Shown here: piece by piece, positions 33,812-42,981 of the stretch
Layout: the number at the start of each line of letters is the position of its first letter
Position numbering within the stretch: position 1 is the stretch's first letter
From: Epithemia pelagica
Lineage: Eukaryota; Protista; Bacillariophyta
Assembly: GCA_946965045.2 (NCBI GenBank)
Contig: OX337232.1
Location: 3,534,001 to 3,598,000, forward strand
Direction: 5' to 3'
DNA: 64,000 bases
Translations under genes and position numbers: made by a program
Notes under the pieces: generated by a model
What the model was told of the DNA's origin: nothing
The model's database searches: none
What the model saw: the letters and a program-made list of their open reading frames with translations, nothing else

Positions 33812-35131
33812 TTATAGTCCTAGATCTTTGACAACTTCGTCGATCCTTGTTTGTAGTCTCATTTTCATTTCCTCATCGTCTGTTTTGCTGAGAGCCACAG
33901 TGAGAGTACTGAATTCATTGAGTAATGCAGCTCTCTCCATACGAGTCTCGCGTTTCTTGGCATTGTCAGCCATCACATCCGTAGCTGAAGATATGGCAAA
34001 GGCAATTTTATCGTCTGTTTGAGCTGTGGACATGGAGACAGGAGTTGTAGCTCGAGACGAAGCTCGAGATGAAGGTCGAGACCACACTTTACTGGAAGAA
34101 AGAGGAATGTCTGCACTGTCTATAGTCAACGATGGGGCCAGAGCTGTCGTGAACTTGGTGGCAAACTCGGGAACTGCTTCACTTTTGGAAAAGAAGTAGA
34201 AGGCAACAAACTGTGTCATAGAGGGCCCTTTGACCTTTGACAGGGCCTGGCGTGTAAAATCCCAGGGGTCGCTTGAGTGACTGCCACTTGCATTCATTGC
34301 CTTTTGGATGTGCTTTCGTACATTTAAGAGCGCCTTGAACAAGTCCGACACCTCTTTTTCATTTACTTTGTAAGTATTCTTTATTGATGGGTCCACTCGG
34401 CTCAAGATGGCATCTAGCACGTGGTGGTTGTATGCAGCGTTCACTGCATCACTTTCATCGCGTTTTTCCAATTTGCCGTATTTGTCGGAAGACTCTATAG
34501 CTGCTTCTACTTCTTCGTCAATGATATCATCATTGTCATCGACGAGGCGTTGGGTGAACATCGATGTTGCCTCTACTGCCTTCTTTGCAGGAGAAAAATC
34601 AGCTCCATTGACCGCGTCCACGACTTCCTTCCAGAACCTTTGATACTGTGCACCACTGCCTGATTCTTGCACATCCCGAGACCTGCTATCATTGAAGGCC
34701 ATGAAATCATCAATGAAGTCTCTGTGGAACCACACATTGATGATCCGACATTGTGTGGAAGGAATTTGTTCCAAAGTTTTGTTAATGCTTGACTGATTGC
34801 GACTTGTTTTGAGGATATGGAAGCGAATCTCTGTCTTCGTTAAACTGGCTTTGGTGATCCCAATCTTCCGCCCTAGCCTCCTTAGTTGATAAGCTGAGAG
34901 ATCCTTGTCCAGATGTGTCTCATTGTTGTCCTTGGCAATGGTACATGCCACTTCGACTTCTTCATCGTCACCCTCACTGTTCTTGATCATCTTCTTTTCT
35001 GTAGTCAGCGTATAGTCTTCCAGGTTCAGAGAGTCTAGTCCCTGTAAATACTCAGGTAATGGCTTCTCTACTCGCTTGGGCTTCTTCTTAGCAGGGCCAT
35101 CCTCCTGAGGTGCGGTGGACAACGGCGTCAT
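33812..35131 (-). CDS. Harbinger second ORF: putative DNA-binding accessory protein (NLS, SAP/HeH-like motif, Myb/SANT-like region, C-terminal coiled coil)
   Basis: 439 aa inside the TIRs, convergent with the transposase. PAKKKPKR; LSAYQLRRLGRKIGITKASLTKTEI; RIINVWFH...FWKEV; MNASGSHSSDPWDF. Confidence 0.8.
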   Translation of the reverse strand: MTPLSTAPQEDGPAKKKPKRVEKPLPEYLQGLDSLNLEDYTLTTEKKMIKNSEGDDEEVEVACTIAKDNNETHLDKDLSAYQLRRLGRKIGITKASLTKTEIRFHILKTSRNQSSINKTLEQIPSTQCRIINVWFHRDFIDDFMAFNDSRSRDVQESGSGAQYQRFWKEVVDAVNGADFSPAKKAVEATSMFTQRLVDDNDDIIDEEVEAAIESSDKYGKLEKRDESDAVNAAYNHHVLDAILSRVDPSIKNTYKVNEKEVSDLFKALLNVRKHIQKAMNASGSHSSDPWDFTRQALSKVKGPSMTQFVAFYFFSKSEAVPEFATKFTTALAPSLTIDSADIPLSSSKVWSRPSSRASSRATTPVSMSTAQTDDKIAFAISSATDVMADNAKKRETRMERAALLNEFSTLTVALSKTDDEEMKMRLQTRIDEVVKDLGL

Positions 35132-35957
35132 GGTGGCAATAATTGTTTGATTGTTGCGGAGGGGCTAAGAACGTCTTCATGTACTGGGGGGAAATTACAC
35201 CTAGTAACCACCTAGTAACCATAGACGAAGTGTGAAATTTTTGTGAAACTGCAATGGGGGGCCTCAAATTGCCTCGTGTGAATTTCACAAAAATTTCACA
35301 CTCGGCCTGTGCAACGTCAGGACACGTAGGCCAAAAGTGTGAAATGTGTGAAATTTCACGCCGATAAGACCAACCCTCAGTAATTACTGGGCATCTGCGC
35401 ATTAAAACAAGACATGAAAATGTGGCGCTCCCGCGCCTGGCATCACCCAGCAAGCCGACTGGTTCCGTTCCATGGCGCGAGGCAATGCGTGATTCATTTT
35501 TGCCCAGGCTCGTGACTAATTTACCTACCGATCGATCCTACTCCTATCGATTTTTTTGCTTCAGAAGTCAGAAGGCTCTTTGCGAGTAACGAGCTGGTTT
35601 GATTGAGTACCAATCGAACAAATCAAGACTTTTGGTTTGTTAAAAAAGCCACAAGCCACTACGCGTCGTCCCACTCGGAGGTTTCCACATTCCAAATGGC
35701 TGCAGTTTTTTCGGTCGACCGTCAGGTGAATCATCCATAATGATATACATCTGCCGTTGTGTATTCCACCTGGTTGTCTGGTCTCTTCTCTACTAGACAG
35801 TACCCATTCAGCTAGCGGCACAAAGGCAAAAATCCTTAGTCGCAAACTGGAACAGTGCTCATCGCAATGAGACTGGTCTGGGATCAAGCCAAGGGAGCAA
35901 GAACAGTTCCAACGCTTATAGATAGATCAGTCATTCGAAACTACAGCCCAGTGGTGG

Positions 35958-36050
35958 ATTCTCGTCGGTTGTTCATATCTTCTAGCTCACGATAAGTGCT
36001 CTTGATATAGTAGCTTATGAGGGACGGCCGAGACAGATTTGGACCCGCAG
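35958..36050 (-). pseudogene. Remnant of an A3-type 3' end next to the peptidase 3' end (second copy at about 41440-41590)
   Basis: gtggattctc..cgg.tgttcat.t.tt.tagctcacgat..gtgctcttgatata matches 18354-18420. Confidence 0.7.
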
Positions 36051-36139
36051 TAAACTTTTTCACCTTTCATATCTAGGTAGGACTCTATTCTTGGTTGAAT
36101 CTTGTCTCCAGGTGAGGGCTATTGTTACCAACGATTCTC

Positions 36140-37126
36140 TCAATCGTATTCTGAAAAGAAGGAATCAACAATCTCGCCATACATGGCGCCGTTCTCTAAT
36201 AGACCATGATGAGAGCATCCCTCCAGCATCTTTTCCCGCACAAATTTGTGATTGAAGACTCGTGCTTTCCAATCTTGCGTACACAGGTTCGTCACAAAGT
36301 CGTGTTCTCCTCGCATCACCAATGTGGAGGGCAATCGTCGTGCCGTCTCACTAGGCGGCTGTGCCACATAGTTGGCAATCGCCGTGGTGCCTCTCCACAC
36401 GGTCCCGGCATGAGCGTAGGCGTCCACCAAGGCTGGCGGTGATTCGGGTGTTTGACATTGATGAGCTTTACGGAATTCTTCCGCGACATTATCCTCCTCC
36501 TTCAAATCCAGTTCCGAGATGAGTCGGTTGGCTTCTTGTTCCACTTGTGTGACATTGGTGGGAGTCGACGAGAGAATTGCCGACAACACGCTTTGATCGT
36601 CCTGGCCCGATTCGGCGTGTCGTTTCATATACTCATAGGCAAGAATCCCACCAAAGGATTGACCATATAAATGAAACCGTCCGAGTCCCAGCTTTTCGAC
36701 CAACGTCTCCAGATCGTCCACGGCCTTGTCAATCGAATAACAACTCTTGTCGTTTGGTTCATTGGATCGGCCACATCCCAATTGATCGTAAAAGACCAGG
36801 GATCGATACGGAATCAGCTGCTCCAGTGGGTAGAGATAGTCCGAGGGAACGGAGGGTCCCCCGTGCAAGACAAGTATGGGAGCCGCTTGTTGTGAGGACA
36901 GTGCCATGGGCCGCACAATGCGATAGGCCAGTTGGTACACCTTCGGCGGCTCGTTGCCGCCCTCGGAACGAAACACGCTGCAGTGTCCTTCACTATATGC
37001 GGCACCAAGCCTGGAGGACAAGGAGGGTTTTGCTCGAAAAGCTTCCTTGTTAGGAGCTAGGAGAAAGGCATTGGATGTACCCAGCAACGCGAGAGCTACT
37101 AATACAATGGCACTATGCACTTTCAT
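36140..37126 (-). CDS. Proline iminopeptidase-like alpha/beta hydrolase (S33), intact, with signal peptide and possible plastid targeting
   Basis: LHGGP, YDQLGCGRS, GQSFGG nucleophile elbow, RGEHD and SHHGLLE. N-terminus MKVHSAIVLVALALLGTSNA-FLL. Confidence 0.88.
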   Translation of the reverse strand: MKVHSAIVLVALALLGTSNAFLLAPNKEAFRAKPSLSSRLGAAYSEGHCSVFRSEGGNEPPKVYQLAYRIVRPMALSSQQAAPILVLHGGPSVPSDYLYPLEQLIPYRSLVFYDQLGCGRSNEPNDKSCYSIDKAVDDLETLVEKLGLGRFHLYGQSFGGILAYEYMKRHAESGQDDQSVLSAILSSTPTNVTQVEQEANRLISELDLKEEDNVAEEFRKAHQCQTPESPPALVDAYAHAGTVWRGTTAIANYVAQPPSETARRLPSTLVMRGEHDFVTNLCTQDWKARVFNHKFVREKMLEGCSHHGLLENGAMYGEIVDSFFSEYD

Positions 37127-37276
37127 GGTTCTGTGGATGAGAGGTGAGAAGACAGATTGGTTGTCTTCTTATCATAGCTTCGATCCGAGGTCCGAGAAGG
37201 TGCAGTAAGCTGGTTCGGCTTGCGCGCAGTTGGACTATACCACGCAGGCATATCCATTATGAATAAGAAAAAAACA

Positions 37277-37372
37277 GACGTGCTCGGATTCTTTGCTGAG
37301 TATGCGCAAACGCCGGCGGACAAATCGGACGCTCCAATGAAATGCCGCCACAATTGGAACTTTGCGGTTTGT
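37277..37372. promoter_or_regulatory. Conserved B-upstream element (copy 3)
   Basis: GACGTGCTCGGATTCTTTGCTGAGTATGCGCAAACGCCGGCGGACAAATCGGACGCTCC; between the divergent peptidase gene and B4. Confidence 0.5.
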
Positions 37373-37437
37373 TCAGAGGCGGACAGTGATAACCTTGGAG
37401 AAGGACGACGACAACAACAACAACAACTGAACAAATC

Positions 37438-37837
37438 ATGACTTATATTGAGACAAGTGAACTGTTGGACATGTTTTGGTCCTGCTTCAAATCATTTCAG
37501 TACCTTGCAACAACGATCGCAATTGGTCCAACCGCATGGTACATTCTCGAATGTCGGCAATCACGCAGACGAATCTTCAATGTTCCAGTTCATGTTGCAA
37601 ACCTTGTTGTCTATGCCCAATTCTAGTCATTCTTCCCTCCTCGAACTGATTCATCTGGAACCACTCGATCAACAGGTTGCTGGTGCTTGTAAACAAGTTC
37701 TCACTCCACCGAAAGCCACGCAAGAACATGCCATCACCACTCGAAGAGGACACCATCGATTGGAGGAAGACAACAGTGGAGATGCCTTGTCTCCCATTAC
37801 TGAACATGCGGGCTCGTGTTTCTATCTCCTAGGGTAG
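37438..37837 (+). pseudogene. B4: B3-type gene with roughly 2.1 kb internal deletion
   Basis: MTYIETSELLDMFWSCFKSFQY (B3 start) is joined directly to LQQRSQLVQP... (B-type tail), out of frame, at about 37503. Confidence 0.85.
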
Positions 37838-38189
37838 GGTGGGGAATGAGAAACAAACAACTCAAATATATGTGCCTGGCACCTTGTTTTGGTTTGTCAA
37901 TCACCACCCTGGAAAGCAAACGAACTTAGGTCGATTTGTGGAGAAGAAGAGCCACACGCACATGTCTGTTTCTAAGAAAAAGTCTGACCGTCAAAACACC
38001 AGGCGTTCACCTCAAACTCCGAGTTTGGTAGTGACGTTGTCACTCGGTCCATATCATGACCATCGAAACCATCTGTTGGATTGAGAAGACCTCCTGACAA
38101 TGGTAGGAGAAGACCTCCTGACAATGGTACGATATGCCTGCAAAGCAGGACAAAAGACTTAATGTGGAGTCGACCACTGCCACATGTCA

Positions 38190-38770
38190 CGCGAAGTCCT
38201 TCATTGTTTGTTCCAGAACGAGGTTCCTCTTGATGAGCTGCTGATCGATCTCATGACCCTGTTTCATGAGCTCCAAACCGAGTGTCTGTCCATCCCAGCC
38301 GCCGAAGGAAGCACGTCCTTGCACCTTGTATGGAGTAGTGGATATTTGGGAGCAGTCTACTAAAAGTAATCGGTTCAGCTTTTACTGTCTCTGGATCCTC
38401 ACACGGCCCAAGTCACCGATTACGGTCACAATCTTGCCGCTAATTTTGCAGACATTCAAAATCCACGGTTTGTTCCACTGCTGCTCGAACCAGTCCCAAA
38501 TCCTTCAATTTATGCGACTGTGAGGACCATGTTCCCTTGCACTTAAGCCCTCCTCTGGAAGATAAAATGCAACCATCATTGACGATTGATGACGTGATGC
38601 AGATGTGGCCGACAGTGAAACCTTGTACATCGATGGAACATGAACCACAAGAATCGGGTTCAAAACTTTCGCCGAATGAAGAAGAACAAGGAAACCAACC
38701 GCCTGATTCTGCCGAGACAGTTCAGACCAAAAAAGGGCATCTCGGGATCGAAACTCGAAACCACGAACCA
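38190..38770 (+). pseudogene. Degraded D-type ankyrin fragment
   Basis: LFHELQTECLSIPAAEG...LLSLDP can be read across stops; the end resembles the D1 tail (...KRASRDRN vs GSKRKRP region). Confidence 0.6.
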
Positions 38771-38789
38771 TCATTAGATACCCCCAAAT

Positions 38790-39080
38790 GATCATGAGAC
38801 CAAGTATCCCCTACTCGCCATTGACTCCACCTACCAACTCCACGACAACGACACGACTTTGAACGAACGCTGCTACAAGCACATCGACTCACTCGAGCAC
38901 TCTAGTTTGCATGCGGTCCCCGTCAAGGAATGGAAGGCACTGGTCCAACTTCTACACTCAATTCCACGAGACAGAAGCAACAAGGTGATGTGACTACAGA
39001 TAATTGGGACGATGCGGAAGTTCTGCCGTATCTCACAAACAACCAGCGAAGACAACACACGGAAAATCTTGTGCGTCGTT
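38790..39080 (+). repeat. Second copy of the 9258-9650 segment
   Basis: acgacacgactttgaacgaacgctgct...gaatggaaggcact...gacagaagcaacaaggtg...ggaagttctgccgtatctcacaaacaaccagcgaaga is shared. Confidence 0.7.
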
Positions 39081-39159
39081 AACCAATATATTTTATTCAT
39101 GTCATCAAAAATCCTCTTGCCTCATCGGCTTCTCCAGTCGTTTCGTTGTGTCAATTTCG

Positions 39160-40779
39160 TTAGTCTAACGAGACTCGCGCCCGTTTCGTCACAGGTCGAT
39201 TCTCTGGAGATTCATCCACGACGACAGTCGAATGTGGATTCTGGTTTACTGTTGTGGCCGTGCAACTCTGAATCGGCAGTATCGCGTCCAATTTTAGTAG
39301 CTCGCGATAGGTGCTCTTGATAAAGTTTGTCAAGGATGGCCGAGAAAGATTTGGATTGGACAGGAAAGCTTCCACAAGGAGCTGTTCCCTAGATTGTTCC
39401 TCGCAAGGCTCGTTGTCGTGAGATTTTGCGAGTTCAAGTTGTTTGTTCAGAAAGCTTGCAAAGGCTTTTAGAGCTTCCATCGGGAATGCATTCGAGTCAT
39501 TGTGTCCTGTTGTTCCAATGAGTGGAAGCAATGCTTCATCCAATTTCTGTCCCTCCTTGATCAGCTTTTGAATTTGATTCTCCACAATATTTAGCTGGGC
39601 AGTCAATCGTTCCCTTTCGGTTTGAATTGTCGAGAGTTTTTCATGAGCACTCTTTGAATCTGCTTCCTCTTTCTTCAACCTCTCTTTGACGTCTCTGATT
39701 TCAATTGAGAAATTTTTCCAGCGTTCCTCAAGCTTTTCTTTTTCGCTTAAGGCTTCGTCTCTTTCCTTTTGTACATCTTTTAGCATCTGCGACAATTTAG
39801 CCCTCTCGTCCCGAGTAACCTCGAGCACGTTCTCCAGATGCCTTGAATATTGTTTTGTCCTCATTTTGAAGGTTCTGGTTTCAGACTCAAGGTTTTTGCT
39901 TTTTTCCTCAAGCTTTACTGCAAGGTGCAAGGCTTCGTCTCTCTGACTCCTGAGTTTGTTTTTAACCTCCTCGTCCTTTGCCAAGAGGCATTGAAAGACT
40001 TCGTGAAATACTTTTCGCACCATATCGGCGCGGCACCTCGGGAAATTCTGTTTCTTAACCAAATAGTCAACGAGAGGACTGAGTAGCTCACTGTCATGGG
40101 TGTTCCTTTCATTGATGTGAAATAAACTCTTTGGGCACAATCGGGTCAGATGCAAAAACATACCATCGTCTTTGTAACATAAACTTATGGGCAATTGAAA
40201 GCGCTTGTTCTTGTGCAGGAATGCTTCTGGGCACTGCGAGTAAAGATACTCCATGTTGTTGCATTTTTTATTGCCAGCGGCAAAATGAGCCGGTAAGTTC
40301 CCCTCGGCGTCCATGATACGGAGGGCATCTGGATAAGCTTCCACCAAAGCCTTGATAACATGGGTCGGCTGCGTTATGCATGCATAATGAAGAGGCAGCT
40401 TCTTGGTGGAGGCTTCTTGCTTGGAAGCATGTTCGGGTCGAGCCTTTAGGAGGCACAAGACGGCATCTGGATTGGAACCATCCCTCCATCTGCGTGTGTT
40501 TGCACATGCGACATACAATGCATACTTACCATCTTTATCGCACGTATCAATGGCCTCAGGGAACAGGCTCAATAACTTGGAAATAAGTTTGTATGCTATG
40601 GGCAAGAAGAACACATCATCCTTGACTATTCGATGGAGGGGGTACTGTCCATACGAGTCTTTGGTCTTGGCAATGGCTTTACCATCCTTCCCATTGAAGA
40701 GTTCAAAGAGCTCTTCCTCACTTTCCGAACGAAGAGCTTTGTCGAATGATTTGAGCAGAGACTCTGTTGATAAGGTCAT
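39160..40779 (-). CDS. Ankyrin-coiled-coil protein A6 (intact, 539 aa)
   Basis: Start MTLSTESLLK at 40779 in cccaccATG context; same architecture as A2; ends VDESPENRPVTKRARVSLD. Confidence 0.88.
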   Translation of the reverse strand: MTLSTESLLKSFDKALRSESEEELFELFNGKDGKAIAKTKDSYGQYPLHRIVKDDVFFLPIAYKLISKLLSLFPEAIDTCDKDGKYALYVACANTRRWRDGSNPDAVLCLLKARPEHASKQEASTKKLPLHYACITQPTHVIKALVEAYPDALRIMDAEGNLPAHFAAGNKKCNNMEYLYSQCPEAFLHKNKRFQLPISLCYKDDGMFLHLTRLCPKSLFHINERNTHDSELLSPLVDYLVKKQNFPRCRADMVRKVFHEVFQCLLAKDEEVKNKLRSQRDEALHLAVKLEEKSKNLESETRTFKMRTKQYSRHLENVLEVTRDERAKLSQMLKDVQKERDEALSEKEKLEERWKNFSIEIRDVKERLKKEEADSKSAHEKLSTIQTERERLTAQLNIVENQIQKLIKEGQKLDEALLPLIGTTGHNDSNAFPMEALKAFASFLNKQLELAKSHDNEPCEEQSREQLLVEAFLSNPNLSRPSLTNFIKSTYRELLKLDAILPIQSCTATTVNQNPHSTVVVDESPENRPVTKRARVSLD

Positions 40780-41671
40780 GGTGGGAGACAACAGGGGCAG
40801 TGTCACCCTCTTTATGACTAATTACCTTATATGTTACTCCTACTCTGTTTCGGGTTTATCGGGAAAATATCCGTAGGTATACGTAAATGTGGCGCCCCTT
40901 CGCCAGCATCCCCAACATATGCCGAACGGACATATGACATATGCTGCCAATAGACATAGACTGCCGATCCATCATGGCGCGAAGCAATGCGTGATTCAAT
41001 TTTCTCGCGCTTGTGACTATTTTACCTACCGGGATTCTAAGTCTATCAACTGCTGCAAATGCCTCTTCGCTCGATAGATTCTACATAGCATGCATCACAC
41101 AACTGCGACAAGCAGGAGTACCTGCGTCTTGGGTCTCCTCTAGGATGATGACAAAGGTGCTACGAGAAAGGTGCTACGAGTTACGAGACACAGTACTGGT
41201 TTGATTGAGTCCCAATTGAACGTATCAAGACTTTCGCTTCGTCCCAGTCGGAGCTTTGCGCATGGCTCAAAGGTGTGATATGCAACTAGACAGTATATCC
41301 ATTCAGCTAAAGGCACAAAGGCAAATATCCTTAGTCGTTTATCAATATATTATCGAACAGTACATATAGCAATGACTGGTCTGGGATCAAGCCACTGGTG
41401 CAAGAACACTTCCAACGCGTATAAATAGATCAGTCCTTCAAAACTCAAGCCCGTTTCTTGAGGGATTCATCCATAACGACAGTCAATTGTGGATTCTCTT
41501 GTCGGCTGTTCATCTTTTGTAGCTCACGATCGGTGCTCTTGATATACTAGCTTATGAGGGACGGCCGAGACAGATTTGGACCCGCAGTCAACTTTTTCAC
41601 CTTTCATCTTAAGGACGCTATTCTTGGTCAATCTTGCCTCAAGGTTTGGATTATTGGTACCAACGATTCTC

Positions 41672-42670
41672 TCAATCATATTCTGAGAAGAAAGAATCAA
41701 CAATGTCGCCATACATGGCGCCGTTCTCTAATAGTCCGTGATGAGAACATCCCTCCAGCATCTTTTCCGGCACAAAGTTGTGATTGAAGACTCGTGCTTT
41801 CCAATCTTGCGTACACACGTCCGTCACAAAGTCGTGTTCTCCTCGCAGGACCAGTGTCGAGGGCAATCGTCGTGCCGTCTCACTGGGCGGTTGTGCCACG
41901 TAGTTGGCAATCGCCGTGGTGCCTCTCCACACGGTCCCGGCATGAGCGTAGGCGTCCACCAAGGCTTGCGGTGATTCCTCTGTTTGACATTGATGAGCTT
42001 TGCGAAATTCTTCGGCAACATTGTCTTCCTCCTTCAACTCAAGTTCCGAAATGAGTCGGTTGGCTTCTTGTTCCACTTGTGTGACATTGGTGGGAGTCGA
42101 CGAGAGAATTGCCGACAACACAATATGGTCGCCCTGGCCCGATTCAGCGTGTCGTTTCATATATTCATAGGCAAGAATCCCACCAAAGGATTGCCCATAT
42201 AAATGAAACCGTCGCAGTCCCAGCTTTTGGACCAACGTCTCCAAATCGTCCACGGCCTGGTCAATCGAATAACAACTTTCGTCTTTGGGTTCATCCGATC
42301 GGCCACATCCCAATTGATCGTAAAAGACCAGTGATCGATACTATATCACCTGTTCCAGTGGGTAGAGATAGTCCGAGGGAACCGAGGGGCCCCCGTGCAA
42401 GACAACCATGGGAGCCGCTTGTCGTGAGGACAGTGCCATGGGCCGCACAATGCGATAGGCCAGTTGGTACTCGTTCGGCGGCTCGCCGTCGCTCTCGGAA
42501 CGAAACACGGCGCAGTGTCCTTCATTGTATGCGGCACCAAGCCTAGACGACAAGAAGGAGGAGCGTTGTGCTACGAAAGCATTTTTGTTAGGAGCTAATA
42601 GAAAGGCATTGGGTGTACCCAGAAACGCGAGAGCCACGAATACAATGGCAGTATGCACTCTCACTCTCAT
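41672..42670 (-). pseudogene. Second proline iminopeptidase-like copy with one in-frame TAG
   Basis: ORFs 42341..42670 and 41672..42313 share a frame, with TAG at 42341-42343 where copy 1 has CCG (EQVI*YRSL vs EQLIPYRSL). All catalytic motifs are retained. Confidence 0.88.
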
Positions 42671-42810
42671 GGTTCTGTTGACGCTTTTGAGCTTGAGGGA
42701 TGGGAAGACAGATCGGTTCTTTTGATTTTATGAGTCAGCCCCTTCGGTCCGAGCGAAGAAAAGCTGGTTCGGTTTGCGCGCGGCGGCACTTTCCACGCAG
42801 GCATATCGGG

Positions 42811-42902
42811 TGACGTGCTCGGATTCTTGGATAAGTATTCGCAAACGCCGGCGGAGAAGTCGGACGCTCCGACGAAATGCCGCCACAATTGGAACTTTGC
42901 GG
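42811..42902. promoter_or_regulatory. Conserved B-upstream element (copy 4)
   Basis: TGACGTGCTCGGATTCTTGGATAAGTATTCGCAAACGCCGGCGGAGAAGTCGGACGCTCC. Confidence 0.5.
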
Positions 42903-42981
42903 CTCTCATTGTTTACCCTCTGGAGTTGGAGAAGGACGAAGTCGAAGAAGGGCGAAGACAACAACAACAACTGAACAAATC

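Larger units (their letters stand above)
32281..35376. mobile_element. PIF/Harbinger DNA transposon, apparently complete (3096 bp)
   Basis: TIRs GGGTTGGTCTTATCG(T)GCGTGAAATTTCACACATTTCAC at 32281-32319 and 35339-35376 (one indel). 3-bp TSD TCA at 32278-32280 and 35377-35379. Subterminal GTGAAA/TTTCAC motifs; two convergent ORFs. Confidence 0.93.
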
